This document shows, one piece after another, positions 9,968 through 20,820 of a stretch of DNA of 61,699 bases. Every line of letters starts with the position of its first letter. Within the stretch, counting starts at the first letter, position 1. The notes below the pieces were generated by a model. The model was not told the DNA's origin and ran no database searches. It worked only from the letters and a program-made list of their open reading frames with translations. Origin of the DNA: an uncultured Phaeodactylibacter sp. (lineage in GTDB: Bacteria > Bacteroidota > Bacteroidia > Chitinophagales > Saprospiraceae); the NCBI GenBank assembly GCA_964397205.1, contig CAYNIT010000001.1, forward strand, positions 1 through 61,699. Reading direction: 5' to 3'. The translations under genes were made by a program, and so were the position numbers.

Positions 9968-10894
9968 ATGAATCGATCCTGGTACGTCATCGCTAATCCC
10001 CGGGCGGGCAACGGGCGTTTTGAACAGCGCTGGCCTGCATTGCAGCGCAGCATCGCCACAGTGCTGCCGGTAGAGGAGTTTGTCCTCACGCGGGAAAGAG
10101 GCCACGCTACCGCGCTGGCTAAAGAAGCTGTGGAGATGGGGCATCGGCACCTGCTAGCTGTAGGCGGGGATGGCACGAACCACGAAGTGGCCAACGGCAT
10201 TTTGCAGCAGCAAACGGTAGCTCCCACAGCTGTTACCCACGCCTTGCTCCCCGTAGGCACCGGCAATGATTGGATCAAGACCTACCGCTTCCCCCGCACA
10301 ACTGAAGACTGCCTGAAGATTATCGCGGCGGGGCGTACACGGCTGCAGGATGTGGGCCATGTCCGCTACCACTTACAGGGGCAAGAGGCGGAGCGTTACT
10401 TTGTCAATGTAGCAGGGCTGGCCTATGATGGATACGTAGTCCAACGTTCGCAGCAGGCCGGCGGAAACGGCGGTATGCTGCACTATCTAGGTTTAGTAAC
10501 GCGCTGTTTGTTGGAGTACGAGCTGCGGGAGGCTGTAGTGCAGGCCAATGGCAGGGAGTTTCGGGATCATTTCTACACCATCAACTTTGGCATTGGCCGC
10601 TATTCGGGCGGCGGTATGCAGCTGGTGCCCCACGCTAGGCCGGATGTCGGAAAATTTGCAGTAACCCTGGCGGGCCGGCTGAGCCGCCTAAGTGTATTGC
10701 TGAACACTTACCGGTTTTACAATGGGTCGATCGGGCAGCACCCAAAGGTGCAAACATTCCTGGCAGATAGCGGCAGTGTGGAGGCGGCGGAGGGGGCGCT
10801 GCCTACCCTGGTGGAAGCCGATGGGGAATTCCTTGGGCAAACGCCTGCCTACTTCAAAATACTTCCCGCTGCGCTGCGGGTAGTTGTACCCTGA
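9968..10894 (+). CDS. Diacylglycerol/lipid kinase family protein (YegS/DgkB-like)
   Basis: NPRAG, GGDGT, PVGTGND and EADGE motifs. Confidence 0.92.
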   Translation: MNRSWYVIANPRAGNGRFEQRWPALQRSIATVLPVEEFVLTRERGHATALAKEAVEMGHRHLLAVGGDGTNHEVANGILQQQTVAPTAVTHALLPVGTGNDWIKTYRFPRTTEDCLKIIAAGRTRLQDVGHVRYHLQGQEAERYFVNVAGLAYDGYVVQRSQQAGGNGGMLHYLGLVTRCLLEYELREAVVQANGREFRDHFYTINFGIGRYSGGGMQLVPHARPDVGKFAVTLAGRLSRLSVLLNTYRFYNGSIGQHPKVQTFLADSGSVEAAEGALPTLVEADGEFLGQTPAYFKILPAALRVVVP

Positions 10895-10939
10895 GAGTAG
10901 TCTTGCCGTCTTAAACCTAGCAACCAAATATCCTTAAAT

Positions 10940-11605
10940 ATGAACAAGCTATCCCTACTACTTTTCGCCACCCTGCTCTGGGCCCAACCTCTTGTATCGC
11001 AGATATCGGAACAGGTGGTGGAGATGAGCGCCGGAGCGCAAAACGCCTTGGTGCTGCCCATTCCCGGCGTATCAGAGGAGCTGGTGTCCGACCTCTGGAA
11101 AGATTATATGAAAGACTTCTACGATGCCAAGCCGAAGTGGCAGCGCCGCGATGATGAGTGGCTGTCGGATGATGCGGACATCTTAGCAATCGGCAAGGGC
11201 AATACCGTAGATGTCTACGCCAAAACCGAAGAGCAAGACAATGAAGTGCTGGTATACCTTTGGATAGACCTCGGCGGCGCTTTTCTCAACCGTCAGGAGC
11301 ATCCGGGCCGCTACGCAGAGGCGGACAAGCTGCTGATGCGGTTTGGCCTGGAAGCCGCCAAAGAAAATATCCGGCTGGAACTGGAAGCGCAGGAGGATGC
11401 GCTCAAAGACCTGGAGCGCGACCTGGCACGGCTTGAGTCTGACAAGGAGCGCTCCGAGCGCGAAATCCGCCGCGCAGAAGAGACCATCGAGAAAGCCAAG
11501 GAGGACATAGAGCAAAACCTGGAGGAGCAGAAAGCCATGAAACAGCGGATAGAGGAGCAGCGGGAGCTTATCAAAGAGGTGCAGAAGCGCTACAACCGCC
11601 TTTGA
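10940..11605 (+). CDS. Secreted protein with C-terminal coiled coil
   Basis: Signal peptide, globular region, then a ~75-aa E/K/R-rich heptad stretch. Confidence 0.75.
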   Translation: MNKLSLLLFATLLWAQPLVSQISEQVVEMSAGAQNALVLPIPGVSEELVSDLWKDYMKDFYDAKPKWQRRDDEWLSDDADILAIGKGNTVDVYAKTEEQDNEVLVYLWIDLGGAFLNRQEHPGRYAEADKLLMRFGLEAAKENIRLELEAQEDALKDLERDLARLESDKERSEREIRRAEETIEKAKEDIEQNLEEQKAMKQRIEEQRELIKEVQKRYNRL

Positions 11606-11648
11606 GCCGTGGCGCAAAGCGCCTATCTTTGGGGCAAAATGAAGCTTT

Positions 11649-12500
11649 ATGCCTGCTCGCATACTGTCCATTCCGCTGGTGATAGCCGCTTTGGTTTTTC
11701 TGTACCTGACCTGGGAGGTAGATCAAAGCTACAGCCTGTACATCGTCCCCTGGGTGATTGCACTGGCTTTGGTATTCACCATGAGCCCGCAGATCAACTG
11801 GTGGTGGTACAAGCGCTACCCGCCGGACCTCAAGGGCAAGCTCCGGCTGCTGATCGAGCGCCATTTGCCCTACTACCAGCGGCTGTCAAAGGAAGAGCAG
11901 CAGCGTTTCCGCCATCGAGTGGCCCTTTATATGGAGGCAAATGACTTCATGGCAAAGGGCATGGACGAGGTATCACCAGACCTCAAAGCGGTAGCGGCGG
12001 CTTGCGCCGTACAGCTGACTTTTGGCAAGCGCGACTATCTGATGAACAAGTTCGAGCATCTGATCTTTTTCCCCAAGCCCTTCCCATCTCCTCAGTACCC
12101 GGAAAATTACCACGCTTCGGAGGTTTACGAGGAAGACGGTGCTATTCTATTTTCTGCCGAACAGCTGATGAAGGGCTTTCTGCAGCCTTACCATTATTAC
12201 AACATCGGGCTGCACGAGTATGCCAAAGTGTTTGAACGCTCCTTCCCGGAGCTGGAGTTTCCAGAGCTGAGCGAGGGGCACTGGCAAGAACTGCAAGACA
12301 TCAGTGGTTTCCCCTACGACCGTATACAGGCTTGGATCAACTTGGACCCGATTCCCATCCGCCCCGTCAGCATAAGCCTGTTTTTTACCCATCCACAAGC
12401 CTTTTACCAGCGCCTGCCGGAACTCTACGAAGCTTACGCCCGGCTTTTCAATCAGTCGCCCGGAAGGTCCGGCCGTACGATACTAGGGCCTTTGGAATAG
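11649..12500 (+). CDS. MtfA/M90-like zinc-peptidase family protein with two N-terminal TMs; zinc motif degenerate
   Basis: PYYQRL...FRHRV..., AACAVQLTFG, then NIGLHEYAK where the family has HExxH. Confidence 0.75.
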   Translation: MPARILSIPLVIAALVFLYLTWEVDQSYSLYIVPWVIALALVFTMSPQINWWWYKRYPPDLKGKLRLLIERHLPYYQRLSKEEQQRFRHRVALYMEANDFMAKGMDEVSPDLKAVAAACAVQLTFGKRDYLMNKFEHLIFFPKPFPSPQYPENYHASEVYEEDGAILFSAEQLMKGFLQPYHYYNIGLHEYAKVFERSFPELEFPELSEGHWQELQDISGFPYDRIQAWINLDPIPIRPVSISLFFTHPQAFYQRLPELYEAYARLFNQSPGRSGRTILGPLE

Positions 12501-12505
12501 CAGGC

Positions 12506-13897
12506 TTATTCAATTTCCACCGCCCACAGCTCGGGCACAGCGGGCCCCCAACAGCTGACCTCGCGCAGGTTGGGAATACGAGGCTGCTCGCTTTCTACCA
12601 GGGAAGCTCCGAAGTACTCGTACCCGCAGCGGTAGTTGTCCATGTACAGGATACTGCCGCCGGTGTTGTCTGCCAGGCAGCCATACTCCGCGAAGGCATT
12701 GGTATTGTTTTTTGTGGCATCCAGAAAGGTAAGGATATTGATGGTAATGTGGCGCTTGGCCAGTTGCTCAGCCCAGCTGCAAATGTCGGTGCCACCCGAG
12801 CGGCAGATGTTGGCGCCATCGCTGATCAAGAATATGGACTTCTGGCTGCTGTCTGCTGGCCCAAACAATTCCGGGCAAGCCTGCAGCCGTTCTAGCAGGG
12901 GCGTGGTGCCATTGGGGGGCAAGAAACGCAAACGGTAGCGCATATCGTAGCGGCTGAGCGCCCCCACGGCTTCCCAGGCGTGCGGGCTCGTACCACAATC
13001 TCCGTCGATGGTAGCCAGCCCCAGGCGGGTCGAAGCCGGCAGGCTGTCCAGAATGAAAAGGGCAGTTTGCTTCATGACATCAAAGCGGCTTTTACCCATG
13101 CAGGGCACCTTTTCCATCACCATTGATCCAGAGATGTCCAGCAGAAAAAGCAATTCATCGTAATCGGTGAACTGCAGGGTGCGCGATGTATTGCCCGGTA
13201 GGTCTTCAGCGCTGCGCTCTATGGCAGCCTCCTGCTGATCGTAGTACTCCTCCATGCCTTCCATGCCCAGGGCGTTCCGGACCAAAAAGTAATTGTAAGT
13301 TGCAGTCGCATTCCGCGCGTCGTACTTCACCGCCTGATCGAATTCAGCGAGGGCGAGCAGCAGGTCTCGCTTGTGTACATGGTAGTGCATGCCCAGCGTA
13401 TCGCTGCCGTGGTCGCTGCCGCCCTGATGCAGCAAATGAGCGTAGCCCAAAGCATTGTGGTAAATGCTCAGCCGCTTGGAGTCGCCCAGTCTTATCTGCT
13501 GCTCAATGCTTTGTTGCAGAGGGCGGATAGCCTTGCCAGCCCGGCCGGCGTGCAGCAAAATCATGCCGCGGAAAAAACTTCGGGTAGCCTGCTGCTGATC
13601 GTAATCCGGATCATTGTCTTTCAGCATACGGGCACTGCGCTGCATTAAGCTCAGGGCTTGATCAGATTCGCCCACCTGACTGAGCGCCAATGCCAGGGAT
13701 AAGGTGAAGTTGTAGTTGCCCGGAATAATGCCGTGGGCTTTCTCAAACTGCTGTACCGCGCGCCCGTACCGCTCCTCGCTGTAGTGCAGAAGCCCCTTGT
13801 AGTGGGCTTCGAACGCCGCCTTCTGCCGCCCGCCCTCCGGTGCCATGCTGAGGCACAGGAACAGTAAGAGGCAAATGTATAAGGTCTTTTCGTTCAT
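12506..13897 (-). CDS. Secreted TPR + von Willebrand A domain protein
   Basis: Signal peptide, TPR-like helices, MIDAS LLDISGSM, GTTPL and LISDG motifs. Confidence 0.85.
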   Translation of the reverse strand: MNEKTLYICLLLFLCLSMAPEGGRQKAAFEAHYKGLLHYSEERYGRAVQQFEKAHGIIPGNYNFTLSLALALSQVGESDQALSLMQRSARMLKDNDPDYDQQQATRSFFRGMILLHAGRAGKAIRPLQQSIEQQIRLGDSKRLSIYHNALGYAHLLHQGGSDHGSDTLGMHYHVHKRDLLLALAEFDQAVKYDARNATATYNYFLVRNALGMEGMEEYYDQQEAAIERSAEDLPGNTSRTLQFTDYDELLFLLDISGSMVMEKVPCMGKSRFDVMKQTALFILDSLPASTRLGLATIDGDCGTSPHAWEAVGALSRYDMRYRLRFLPPNGTTPLLERLQACPELFGPADSSQKSIFLISDGANICRSGGTDICSWAEQLAKRHITINILTFLDATKNNTNAFAEYGCLADNTGGSILYMDNYRCGYEYFGASLVESEQPRIPNLREVSCWGPAVPELWAVEIE

Positions 13898-13956
13898 GGT
13901 CTGCGCATAAAGATTTGCGGCAGGTCAGCGCTTAAGCCATCCGAGGGCGGGCTGAG

Positions 13957-15837
13957 TCAAGCCATTTCCGCCAATTCCATCCACCGGAGCTCTTTGTCCT
14001 CGAGCTCTTCGTTGATGATCGATAGTTCTTTAGACAGTTCAGTGATTTTCTCAGGTGCCAGGTCCGGCGCATTGAACTGCTCGGTCAGGGAGCCTTTGCG
14101 CTCCTCGAGTTGGAGTATTTGTTTTTCGAGCCGGCGCAGCTCCTTGCGCTCCTCCTGGCTCAGAGCAGAGGGCTTGGTTTTGGGCTTGGGAGCAGAAGGG
14201 TGGGCTGCTGCCTCTTCCAGCTGCCGCTCTTGTTGCCGGCGTTCGCGTTCTTCCCGCTTTTTGACCTCCCGGTACTGCGTGTAGTTGCCGGGGAAGTCGC
14301 GTATGTGCCCCTCGCCTTCGAAGACAAAGAGGTGGTCAACAATTTTGTCCATGAAGTAGCGGTCGTGGGATACGATAATAATGCAGCCCGGGAAATCCAT
14401 CAGAAAGTCCTCCAGCACATTCAGCGTGATGATGTCCAGATCGTTGGTAGGCTCGTCCAGTATGAGAAAGTTGGGGTTCTCCATCAAGACCGTGAGCAGG
14501 TACAAGCGGCGGCGCTCGCCACCGCTCAATTGGGACACGTAAACTTGCTGTTGTTTGCGGCTGAAGAGGAAGCGGTCCAGCAGCTGCGGAGCCGTCAGCT
14601 TCTGGCCTTTCTCAAGCGGGATGTATTCGGCGATATCCTGTATGACATCAATCACCCGCTTATCGGCTTTGAGCTGAATACCAGACTGGCTGTAGTAGCC
14701 AAAAACAGTGTTGCCGCCTACGACTACCTTCCCGCTGTCGGTTCGAATATCCTTGGTGAGCAATTGCAGAAAGGTGGTTTTCCCTACGCCATTCGGCCCT
14801 ACGATGCCTACTCGTTCCTGCTTCTTGAATTTATAGGAAAAGCCCTCCACCAACACTTTGTCCCCATAGGCCTTTCCGATATTATGGGCCTCCAGTATTT
14901 TTTTACCCAGCCGCTGCCCTTTAATGTCAATCCGCATTTCCTCCTCCGGCTTGTATTGGCTGACTTCTTCCTGTAGTTCTTCGAAGGCATTGACCCTCGA
15001 TTTGGCTTTCGTTCCCCGGGCTTTGGGCATGCGGCGCACCCAGTTGAGTTCCCGCTTGAGCAGCTTTTTGTTCTTTTCCAGTTCGGCGGACTCTACTTCG
15101 TGCCGGGTGGTTTTCTTCTCCAAGAAGTCAGAGTAGCTGCCGGTATAGCGGTACAGCTTTCCGCGGTCCAGTTCTACGATGATGTTGCACACCCGCTCCA
15201 GGAAGTAGCGGTCGTGAGTCACCATGAAAAGCGTAATCTTTGGCTGTTGCAGGTATTCTTCCAGCCACTCGATCATGTCAAGGTCTAGATGGTTAGTAGG
15301 CTCGTCCAGAATCAGGAACTCTGGCTCCTCGATGATCAGTTTGGCCAGGGCAAGACGCTTCTTCTGCCCGCCCGATAGGGTACTCACCAGCTGGTTGAAA
15401 TCGCTGACTTCCAGTTTGGTCAAGACTTCCCGGATGCGGGCCTCAAAGTCCCAAGCCTTGAGGTTGTCCATGGTGGCTACTGCCTTTTCCATAGCGGCGG
15501 TATCTTCCGGGAAAAGCATAGCGTGCTCGTAAGCGCGTACGGCTTGAATCATTTCATTGTCCGAGTCCAGTACCGCTTCCAAGATGGTGTGCTGCTCAAA
15601 AAACTCCGGGTCCTGGTCCAGAAAACCGATGCGCACGTCCCGGTGCAGGTAAACCTCAGCGGTTTCTCCCTCGGCGGGCTCTTTGCCGGCGATGACGCGC
15701 AGCAAAGTCGTCTTGCCGGAGCCGTTCTTAGCCACGAGCGCTACCTTCTGCCCTTGATTGACTTGCAGAGCGATGTTGTCGAAGAGCACCTTCTCTCCGT
15801 ACATCTTGCTTACATCTTCCAGCTTGAGGTAATTCAC
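13957..15837 (-). CDS. ABC-F family ATPase (Uup-like)
   Basis: Two ABC cassettes (KNGSGKT and GPNGVGKT, LSGG, LDEPTN), no TMs, C-terminal coiled coil; GTG at 15837 follows a TACATTTG promoter element. Confidence 0.92.
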   Translation of the reverse strand: MNYLKLEDVSKMYGEKVLFDNIALQVNQGQKVALVAKNGSGKTTLLRVIAGKEPAEGETAEVYLHRDVRIGFLDQDPEFFEQHTILEAVLDSDNEMIQAVRAYEHAMLFPEDTAAMEKAVATMDNLKAWDFEARIREVLTKLEVSDFNQLVSTLSGGQKKRLALAKLIIEEPEFLILDEPTNHLDLDMIEWLEEYLQQPKITLFMVTHDRYFLERVCNIIVELDRGKLYRYTGSYSDFLEKKTTRHEVESAELEKNKKLLKRELNWVRRMPKARGTKAKSRVNAFEELQEEVSQYKPEEEMRIDIKGQRLGKKILEAHNIGKAYGDKVLVEGFSYKFKKQERVGIVGPNGVGKTTFLQLLTKDIRTDSGKVVVGGNTVFGYYSQSGIQLKADKRVIDVIQDIAEYIPLEKGQKLTAPQLLDRFLFSRKQQQVYVSQLSGGERRRLYLLTVLMENPNFLILDEPTNDLDIITLNVLEDFLMDFPGCIIIVSHDRYFMDKIVDHLFVFEGEGHIRDFPGNYTQYREVKKREERERRQQERQLEEAAAHPSAPKPKTKPSALSQEERKELRRLEKQILQLEERKGSLTEQFNAPDLAPEKITELSKELSIINEELEDKELRWMELAEMA

Positions 15838-15970
15838 CTTGCGTTTTTTGATATTGTACAAATGTACCAAAGTCCGTCTTCATGGAGCGGATTTACTTCC
15901 AGTAATGAAACAAAGAGAGGCTTCTCCGGTTGGAAAAGCCCCTCTGAAGCCAGCCTGAATGGATGTCTTC

Positions 15971-18067
15971 TTACTGCGCCGCCAGCATGTCGTGCAGGAT
16001 ATTCATGCTCTCTTTGATGTAAATATCCTTGGACACTTTCTCCACCCAATCGTCATTGCGTGCCTCCTTGGACTCGTCCTTTTGGATCTCCGGCAAGTCC
16101 TCCGGCAGGTTCTGAATGCCCTCGATGACGACCTCGTCCATGAGGTCATCGAATTTTTTGGATTCAGCTTCCCGCTGTTCCATCATGGATTGGTAGCCCT
16201 CCAAACTCACCGGGTAGGAAGTGTCCTTGCGTTGCTCTTCCAGGCGCTTGGCGTTTTCCAGAATGCGGTTGAACGTAGGGCTTTCGGCGATACGCTGCTC
16301 GCTGTTGCGGCGCAGCGCCTCGATCTTCTCCAGCTTGTATACTTCTTGATCGTGTTCTACCGGAGCGATTTCGCTCCATTCCATAGCGTACTCCCGGTCT
16401 CGTTCGCCAGTTTTGATGTAGTAAAAATTATCGGGCAGTACGATATCCGGCTCTACGCCTCTGAGTTGGGTGGAGCCGCCGTCAATGCGATAGAACTTCT
16501 GGGTTGTCAGCTTGATTTCACCCAGCGGCTTCACCTCGTTGTGCCCACGGATGGTACGGTCCAGGTCTATAAAGCGCTGTACAGTGCCTTTGCCGTAGGT
16601 AGAGGTGCTGCCTACAATCACCGCTCGCTCATAATCTTGCAGGGCAGCGGCCAGAATTTCAGAGGCGGAAGCACTGTAGGAATTGACCATCACGATCAAT
16701 GGCCCACTGTACTGCACCCGGCTGTCTACATCGCGTAGTACTTCCGGAGAACGGCCGCGGGATTTGACCTGCACAATAGGGCCTTTTTCTACAAAAAGCC
16801 CGGTCATCTTAACGACATCCCGCAGGGAGCCGCCACCGTTGTAGCGCAGGTCGAGTATGATACCGTCCACATTCTGTTCCTTGAGCTTTTCAATTTCAGC
16901 GGCCACATCCTTGGAGCAGAAGCGCCCGTCTTTATTCTGAAAATCAGCGTAGAAAGAGGGCAGCAGGATATAGCCAACGCGGTCCCCCTGCTCATTATCG
17001 AGGAGGAGCGATTTGGCGAACTGTTCTTCTAGGATGACTACGTCCCTGACAATAGTGATGTCCTTGATCGTCCCATCAATCTTTTTAACGGTAAGCGTCA
17101 CCTCAGTTCCTTTATCGCCCCGGATGAGCTGCACAACATCGTTGATGGTCATGCCGGTGATGTCTTTAGGCTCTTTCTCATCCTCTTGTTTAACCTTCAG
17201 GATGACATCATTCTCCTCCAGTTCTTTCTGTTTCCAGGCGGGGCCGCCTACTACTATTTTAACAACTTTGGTGTAATCGCCCTCCGTCCGCAGGCTGGCT
17301 CCTATGCCTTCTAGCCGGCCACTGAAGCGGATGTTGAAGTTCTCTTTGTCAATGGGCTTGTAGTACTCCGAGTGAGGGTCAAAGATGTGCGTGAAAGTGT
17401 TGAGGTAGACGCTGAGGCGGTCCTCGCGCTTGAGCTTATCCATGCGGCCGTACCAGGCGTCCAGAAACTCCAGTACATCTTCCCGGGCTTCTTTTTCGAT
17501 GGCCTCGAAGCTCTTCTTTTCCGCCTCGGCAGCCTTCTCTTCTTCCTTCTTCAGCTTGTTGTTGATCCGTTCTACGGTTTCGTACTTCAGGTATTTGCGC
17601 CAGTAGTCGCGAAGGGCAGCGTCATTCTCTGCAAAATCGCGCTTATCACCATCCAGCTCCACCTCTTCTTCCTTTTCGTAATCGAAAGGCTGTTTGAGCA
17701 GCTCCCGGTAAAAGCTCTGCGTTTTGTCGAGCGACTTTTCGAGCAGCTCTACGGATAGGTTGAAGAACTCGAAGTTGCCTGCCTTGGCTTGGTCGTCGAT
17801 TTTTTGCCGAAAAGGCGCTAGCCGAGCGATATCTTTCTGTGTAAGGAAACGGCGGCCTCCATCGATCTGATCGAGGTAAAAATCGAATACCTGGCTGGAG
17901 AATTCGTCATTGATCGATTTAGGCTGGTAATGAAGCTGGCTGAAGCCGTTCAGGACGGTCTTCATCAAAACAGCTTCTTTTTCCTGGGAACTGAATTTGG
18001 GATAGTAAGCTGTCGCCAGAACAGCGATGATCAAGACGGAGAAAAAAATCTGACCTCTGTATTTCAT
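15971..18067 (-). CDS. prc: Carboxy-terminal processing (tail-specific) protease, S41 family, with PDZ domain
   Basis: GIGA, LDLRYNGGG, SASASE (catalytic Ser) and GKGTVQ (catalytic Lys) motifs. Confidence 0.93.
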   Translation of the reverse strand: MKYRGQIFFSVLIIAVLATAYYPKFSSQEKEAVLMKTVLNGFSQLHYQPKSINDEFSSQVFDFYLDQIDGGRRFLTQKDIARLAPFRQKIDDQAKAGNFEFFNLSVELLEKSLDKTQSFYRELLKQPFDYEKEEEVELDGDKRDFAENDAALRDYWRKYLKYETVERINNKLKKEEEKAAEAEKKSFEAIEKEAREDVLEFLDAWYGRMDKLKREDRLSVYLNTFTHIFDPHSEYYKPIDKENFNIRFSGRLEGIGASLRTEGDYTKVVKIVVGGPAWKQKELEENDVILKVKQEDEKEPKDITGMTINDVVQLIRGDKGTEVTLTVKKIDGTIKDITIVRDVVILEEQFAKSLLLDNEQGDRVGYILLPSFYADFQNKDGRFCSKDVAAEIEKLKEQNVDGIILDLRYNGGGSLRDVVKMTGLFVEKGPIVQVKSRGRSPEVLRDVDSRVQYSGPLIVMVNSYSASASEILAAALQDYERAVIVGSTSTYGKGTVQRFIDLDRTIRGHNEVKPLGEIKLTTQKFYRIDGGSTQLRGVEPDIVLPDNFYYIKTGERDREYAMEWSEIAPVEHDQEVYKLEKIEALRRNSEQRIAESPTFNRILENAKRLEEQRKDTSYPVSLEGYQSMMEQREAESKKFDDLMDEVVIEGIQNLPEDLPEIQKDESKEARNDDWVEKVSKDIYIKESMNILHDMLAAQ

Positions 18068-18172
18068 AAAAACTTTCTTTATCGACATTCTGATTGGCGC
18101 TTTCGGTGGAAAACTTGCTGCAAGCCAGCGCTATTGTCGCTTTGCAAGCTTTGAATAGCCAGTTGGTTATCT

Positions 18173-18180
18173 CAAATATA
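18173..18180 (-). promoter_or_regulatory. sigmaA -7 element for prc
   Basis: Reverse complement reads TATATTTG. Confidence 0.55.
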
Positions 18181-18313
18181 CCGATTTCAAGCAAAATTGT
18201 TGGCTGGGCAGGGGGCACAAGCTTGCCATTTAACGGAACAGTAACACAAATAAGAACGAAAAAATCGGGACTATAGTTTGGAAGCCTTCTACCAGAGGGA
18301 TTCGGCCCAAAAC

Positions 18314-18350
18314 AAAAAGCGCTCCGCAAGGGGGAGCGGAGCGCTTTTCT
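18314..18350. terminator. Intrinsic terminator after hppA
   Basis: AAAAGCGCTCCGC-loop-GCGGAGCGCTTTT hairpin with A/T tracts on both sides. Confidence 0.85.
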
Positions 18351-18389
18351 TTGAACCCTGATCAGTGTGCTGTCATCCGGCAGTGTAGC

Positions 18390-20597
18390 TTACAGCAGCG
18401 GAGCAATAACCAGAGCTACTACTGACATCAGTTTCAGCAGGATATTCAAAGACGGGCCAGAGGTGTCTTTGAAAGGGTCTCCTACTGTATCGCCGACCAC
18501 CGTCGCTTTGTGGGGGTCGGAGCCTTTGTAGTACATTTCGCCATTGATTTCGACACCCTCCTCGAACATTTTCTTGGCATTATCCCAGGCACCGCCGGCG
18601 TTGGACTGGAAGATGGCCATCAGTACGCCAGCTACCGTAACGCCAGCGAGCAGGCCGCCCAGCATTTCTGCTCCCAGCTGGCTGCCAAGGCCAACCAAGC
18701 CAGGCGTGATGCCGACAACCACCGGCACCAGTACAGCCAGCAAACCAGGGCGGACCATTTCCCGGATAGAAGCCGCGGTGGAGATTTCTACACACTTGCC
18801 GTATTCTGCTTTGCCATCGGCGGCTTCGAAAGTGTTGCGGTCTTCTTCGCTCCAGTCTTTCAGGTCTTTGCCTTCGTTGCGGTTCATGGCATCGAGCGCC
18901 TGCCGCAGCTCGGGAATAGAGTTGAATTGGCGGCGCACCTCCTGAATCATATCCATAGCGGCTCGCCCCACGGCACCCATCGATAGGGCAGAGAAAAGAA
19001 ACGGCAACATACCGCCCACAAACAATGCTGCCATGACATAAGGGCTGGTGACGTTGATGGAGGTCAGCTTAGCATCCTGATGGCTTAGATTGTAAGCCGT
19101 AATGAAAGCGGCAAACAAGGCCAGTGCAGTCAGGGCAGCTGATCCGATGGCAAAGCCCTTGCCTATAGCAGCGGTAGTATTGCCCACTGCATCCAGCTTA
19201 TCCGTGCGGCCGCGCACCTCACTGGGCAGCTCGGCCATCTCGGCAATGCCGCCGGCGTTGTCAGAAATCGGCCCGTAGGCATCTACCGCCAGCTGAATAC
19301 CAGTATTGGAAAGCATACCTACCGCAGCGATCGCAATGCCGTACAGCCCGGCAAAGGAATAAGAGCCCACAATGGCTACTGCCAGTATGAGAATGGGAAT
19401 AGCAGTGGACTGCATGCCTACGCCCAGGCCGGAGATGATGTTGGTGGCCGCGCCGGTCAAGGACTGATCGACTATGCTCTTAACGGGCTTGGTGCCGGTG
19501 CCAGTGTAGTATTCGGTCACCATACCGATCAGCAAGCCTGCTGCCAGGCCAAAGATCACCGCCCAGAATACGCCCATAGAGTTGTACTCTTTGCCGTCGA
19601 ATGTCCAGCTTTCGGGAAGCATCCAGCGCACAATCAAAAAAGTAGCTATGAGCATCAGCAATGCCGACAAGAACTCGCCGCGGTTCAACGCCTTTTGCGG
19701 GTCACCGCCTTCTTTAACCCGCACGAAGAAGGTGCCTAATATGGAGGTGATAATGCCAACGCTCGCCAGCACCAGTGGAAGGAGGACGGCGTTCAGCCCG
19801 CTGAACTGATTGGTCTCGTCGTAGCCGGCTATACCGATAAAGGCAGCTCCCAGTACCATAGTACCAATGATGGACCCTACGTAGGATTCGAAGAGGTCAG
19901 CTCCCATCCCAGCTACATCGCCTACGTTGTCCCCTACATTATCAGCTATAGTGGCAGGGTTGAGCGGGTGGTCTTCCGGGATGCCAGCCTCTACTTTGCC
20001 GACCAGGTCAGCGCCGACATCGGCTGCTTTGGTGTAAATGCCACCGCCTACACGAGCAAACAGCGCTATGGAAGAAGCGCCGAAGGAGAAACCAGTGATG
20101 ACAGTGATGACGCGGTTGATATCCCAACCGATATTGGAGTAGCCCAGGAATAGGGCACCCAGGCCGATTACTCCCAGCCCCACTACGCCCAGCCCCATGA
20201 CCGAGCCGCCAGCAAAGGCGATTTCTAAGGCTTTGCCGAGCCCGCTGCGGGCGGCATTAGTGGTGCGTACATTCGCTTTAGTCGCTACCCGCATGCCGAT
20301 AAAGCCTGCCAGGCCAGAGCAAATAGCGCCAAGTATGAAGGAAAGGGCGATCAGGGGCGAAGAATCCGGAGTATTGCCGCTTAGGCCCAGCAGAATGGCA
20401 ACCGCCAATACGAAAACCGCCAGCACACGGTACTCTGATTTCAAAAAGGCCATTGCACCGTCTGCAATGTTGGCGGCGATACGCTCCATGCGTTCTGTAC
20501 CTACCTCCTGTTTGGCTACCCAGGAGGTGCGCCAGAAGGTGTAGAGCAGCGCCAGCACACCGAAGACGGGAACTAAATAAGTGATCGTTTGACCCAT
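18390..20597 (-). CDS. hppA: Membrane-bound K+-dependent, probably Na+-translocating pyrophosphatase
   Basis: [26 protein letters not shown] (K+-dependent Ala form), [10 protein letters not shown]; Glu in ADLFESY. Confidence 0.95.
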   Translation of the reverse strand: MGQTITYLVPVFGVLALLYTFWRTSWVAKQEVGTERMERIAANIADGAMAFLKSEYRVLAVFVLAVAILLGLSGNTPDSSPLIALSFILGAICSGLAGFIGMRVATKANVRTTNAARSGLGKALEIAFAGGSVMGLGVVGLGVIGLGALFLGYSNIGWDINRVITVITGFSFGASSIALFARVGGGIYTKAADVGADLVGKVEAGIPEDHPLNPATIADNVGDNVGDVAGMGADLFESYVGSIIGTMVLGAAFIGIAGYDETNQFSGLNAVLLPLVLASVGIITSILGTFFVRVKEGGDPQKALNRGEFLSALLMLIATFLIVRWMLPESWTFDGKEYNSMGVFWAVIFGLAAGLLIGMVTEYYTGTGTKPVKSIVDQSLTGAATNIISGLGVGMQSTAIPILILAVAIVGSYSFAGLYGIAIAAVGMLSNTGIQLAVDAYGPISDNAGGIAEMAELPSEVRGRTDKLDAVGNTTAAIGKGFAIGSAALTALALFAAFITAYNLSHQDAKLTSINVTSPYVMAALFVGGMLPFLFSALSMGAVGRAAMDMIQEVRRQFNSIPELRQALDAMNRNEGKDLKDWSEEDRNTFEAADGKAEYGKCVEISTAASIREMVRPGLLAVLVPVVVGITPGLVGLGSQLGAEMLGGLLAGVTVAGVLMAIFQSNAGGAWDNAKKMFEEGVEINGEMYYKGSDPHKATVVGDTVGDPFKDTSGPSLNILLKLMSVVALVIAPLL

Positions 20598-20687
20598 AAT
20601 CTTTTTCGTTTGTATAATGTGTTATGAATTACCAAGGCGGCGAACTGCCTGTGAACAGCCGCCTCTACGGCTTTTTCGTTAGCGGGG

Positions 20688-20695
20688 CAAAGCTA
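20688..20695 (-). promoter_or_regulatory. sigmaA -7 element for hppA
   Basis: Reverse complement reads TAGCTTTG. Confidence 0.55.
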
Positions 20696-20820
20696 ACGCA
20701 AATTTGTTTTTTGTCCAACTGTCAAGCATCCTTATGCCGCGGGCCCTCTAAGCACCAACAAAGGCTGACTCGGGGATAGAATCTTTCTGCCCCAGCCTCG
20801 TTATACTTGCCAAAGCCGGT

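Noticed and set aside
10884-10912. Possible ECF-sigma promoter (GTACC-N16-CGTCT) before the coiled-coil gene
   Set aside because: Single weak match, with no ECF gene in the window to anchor a consensus
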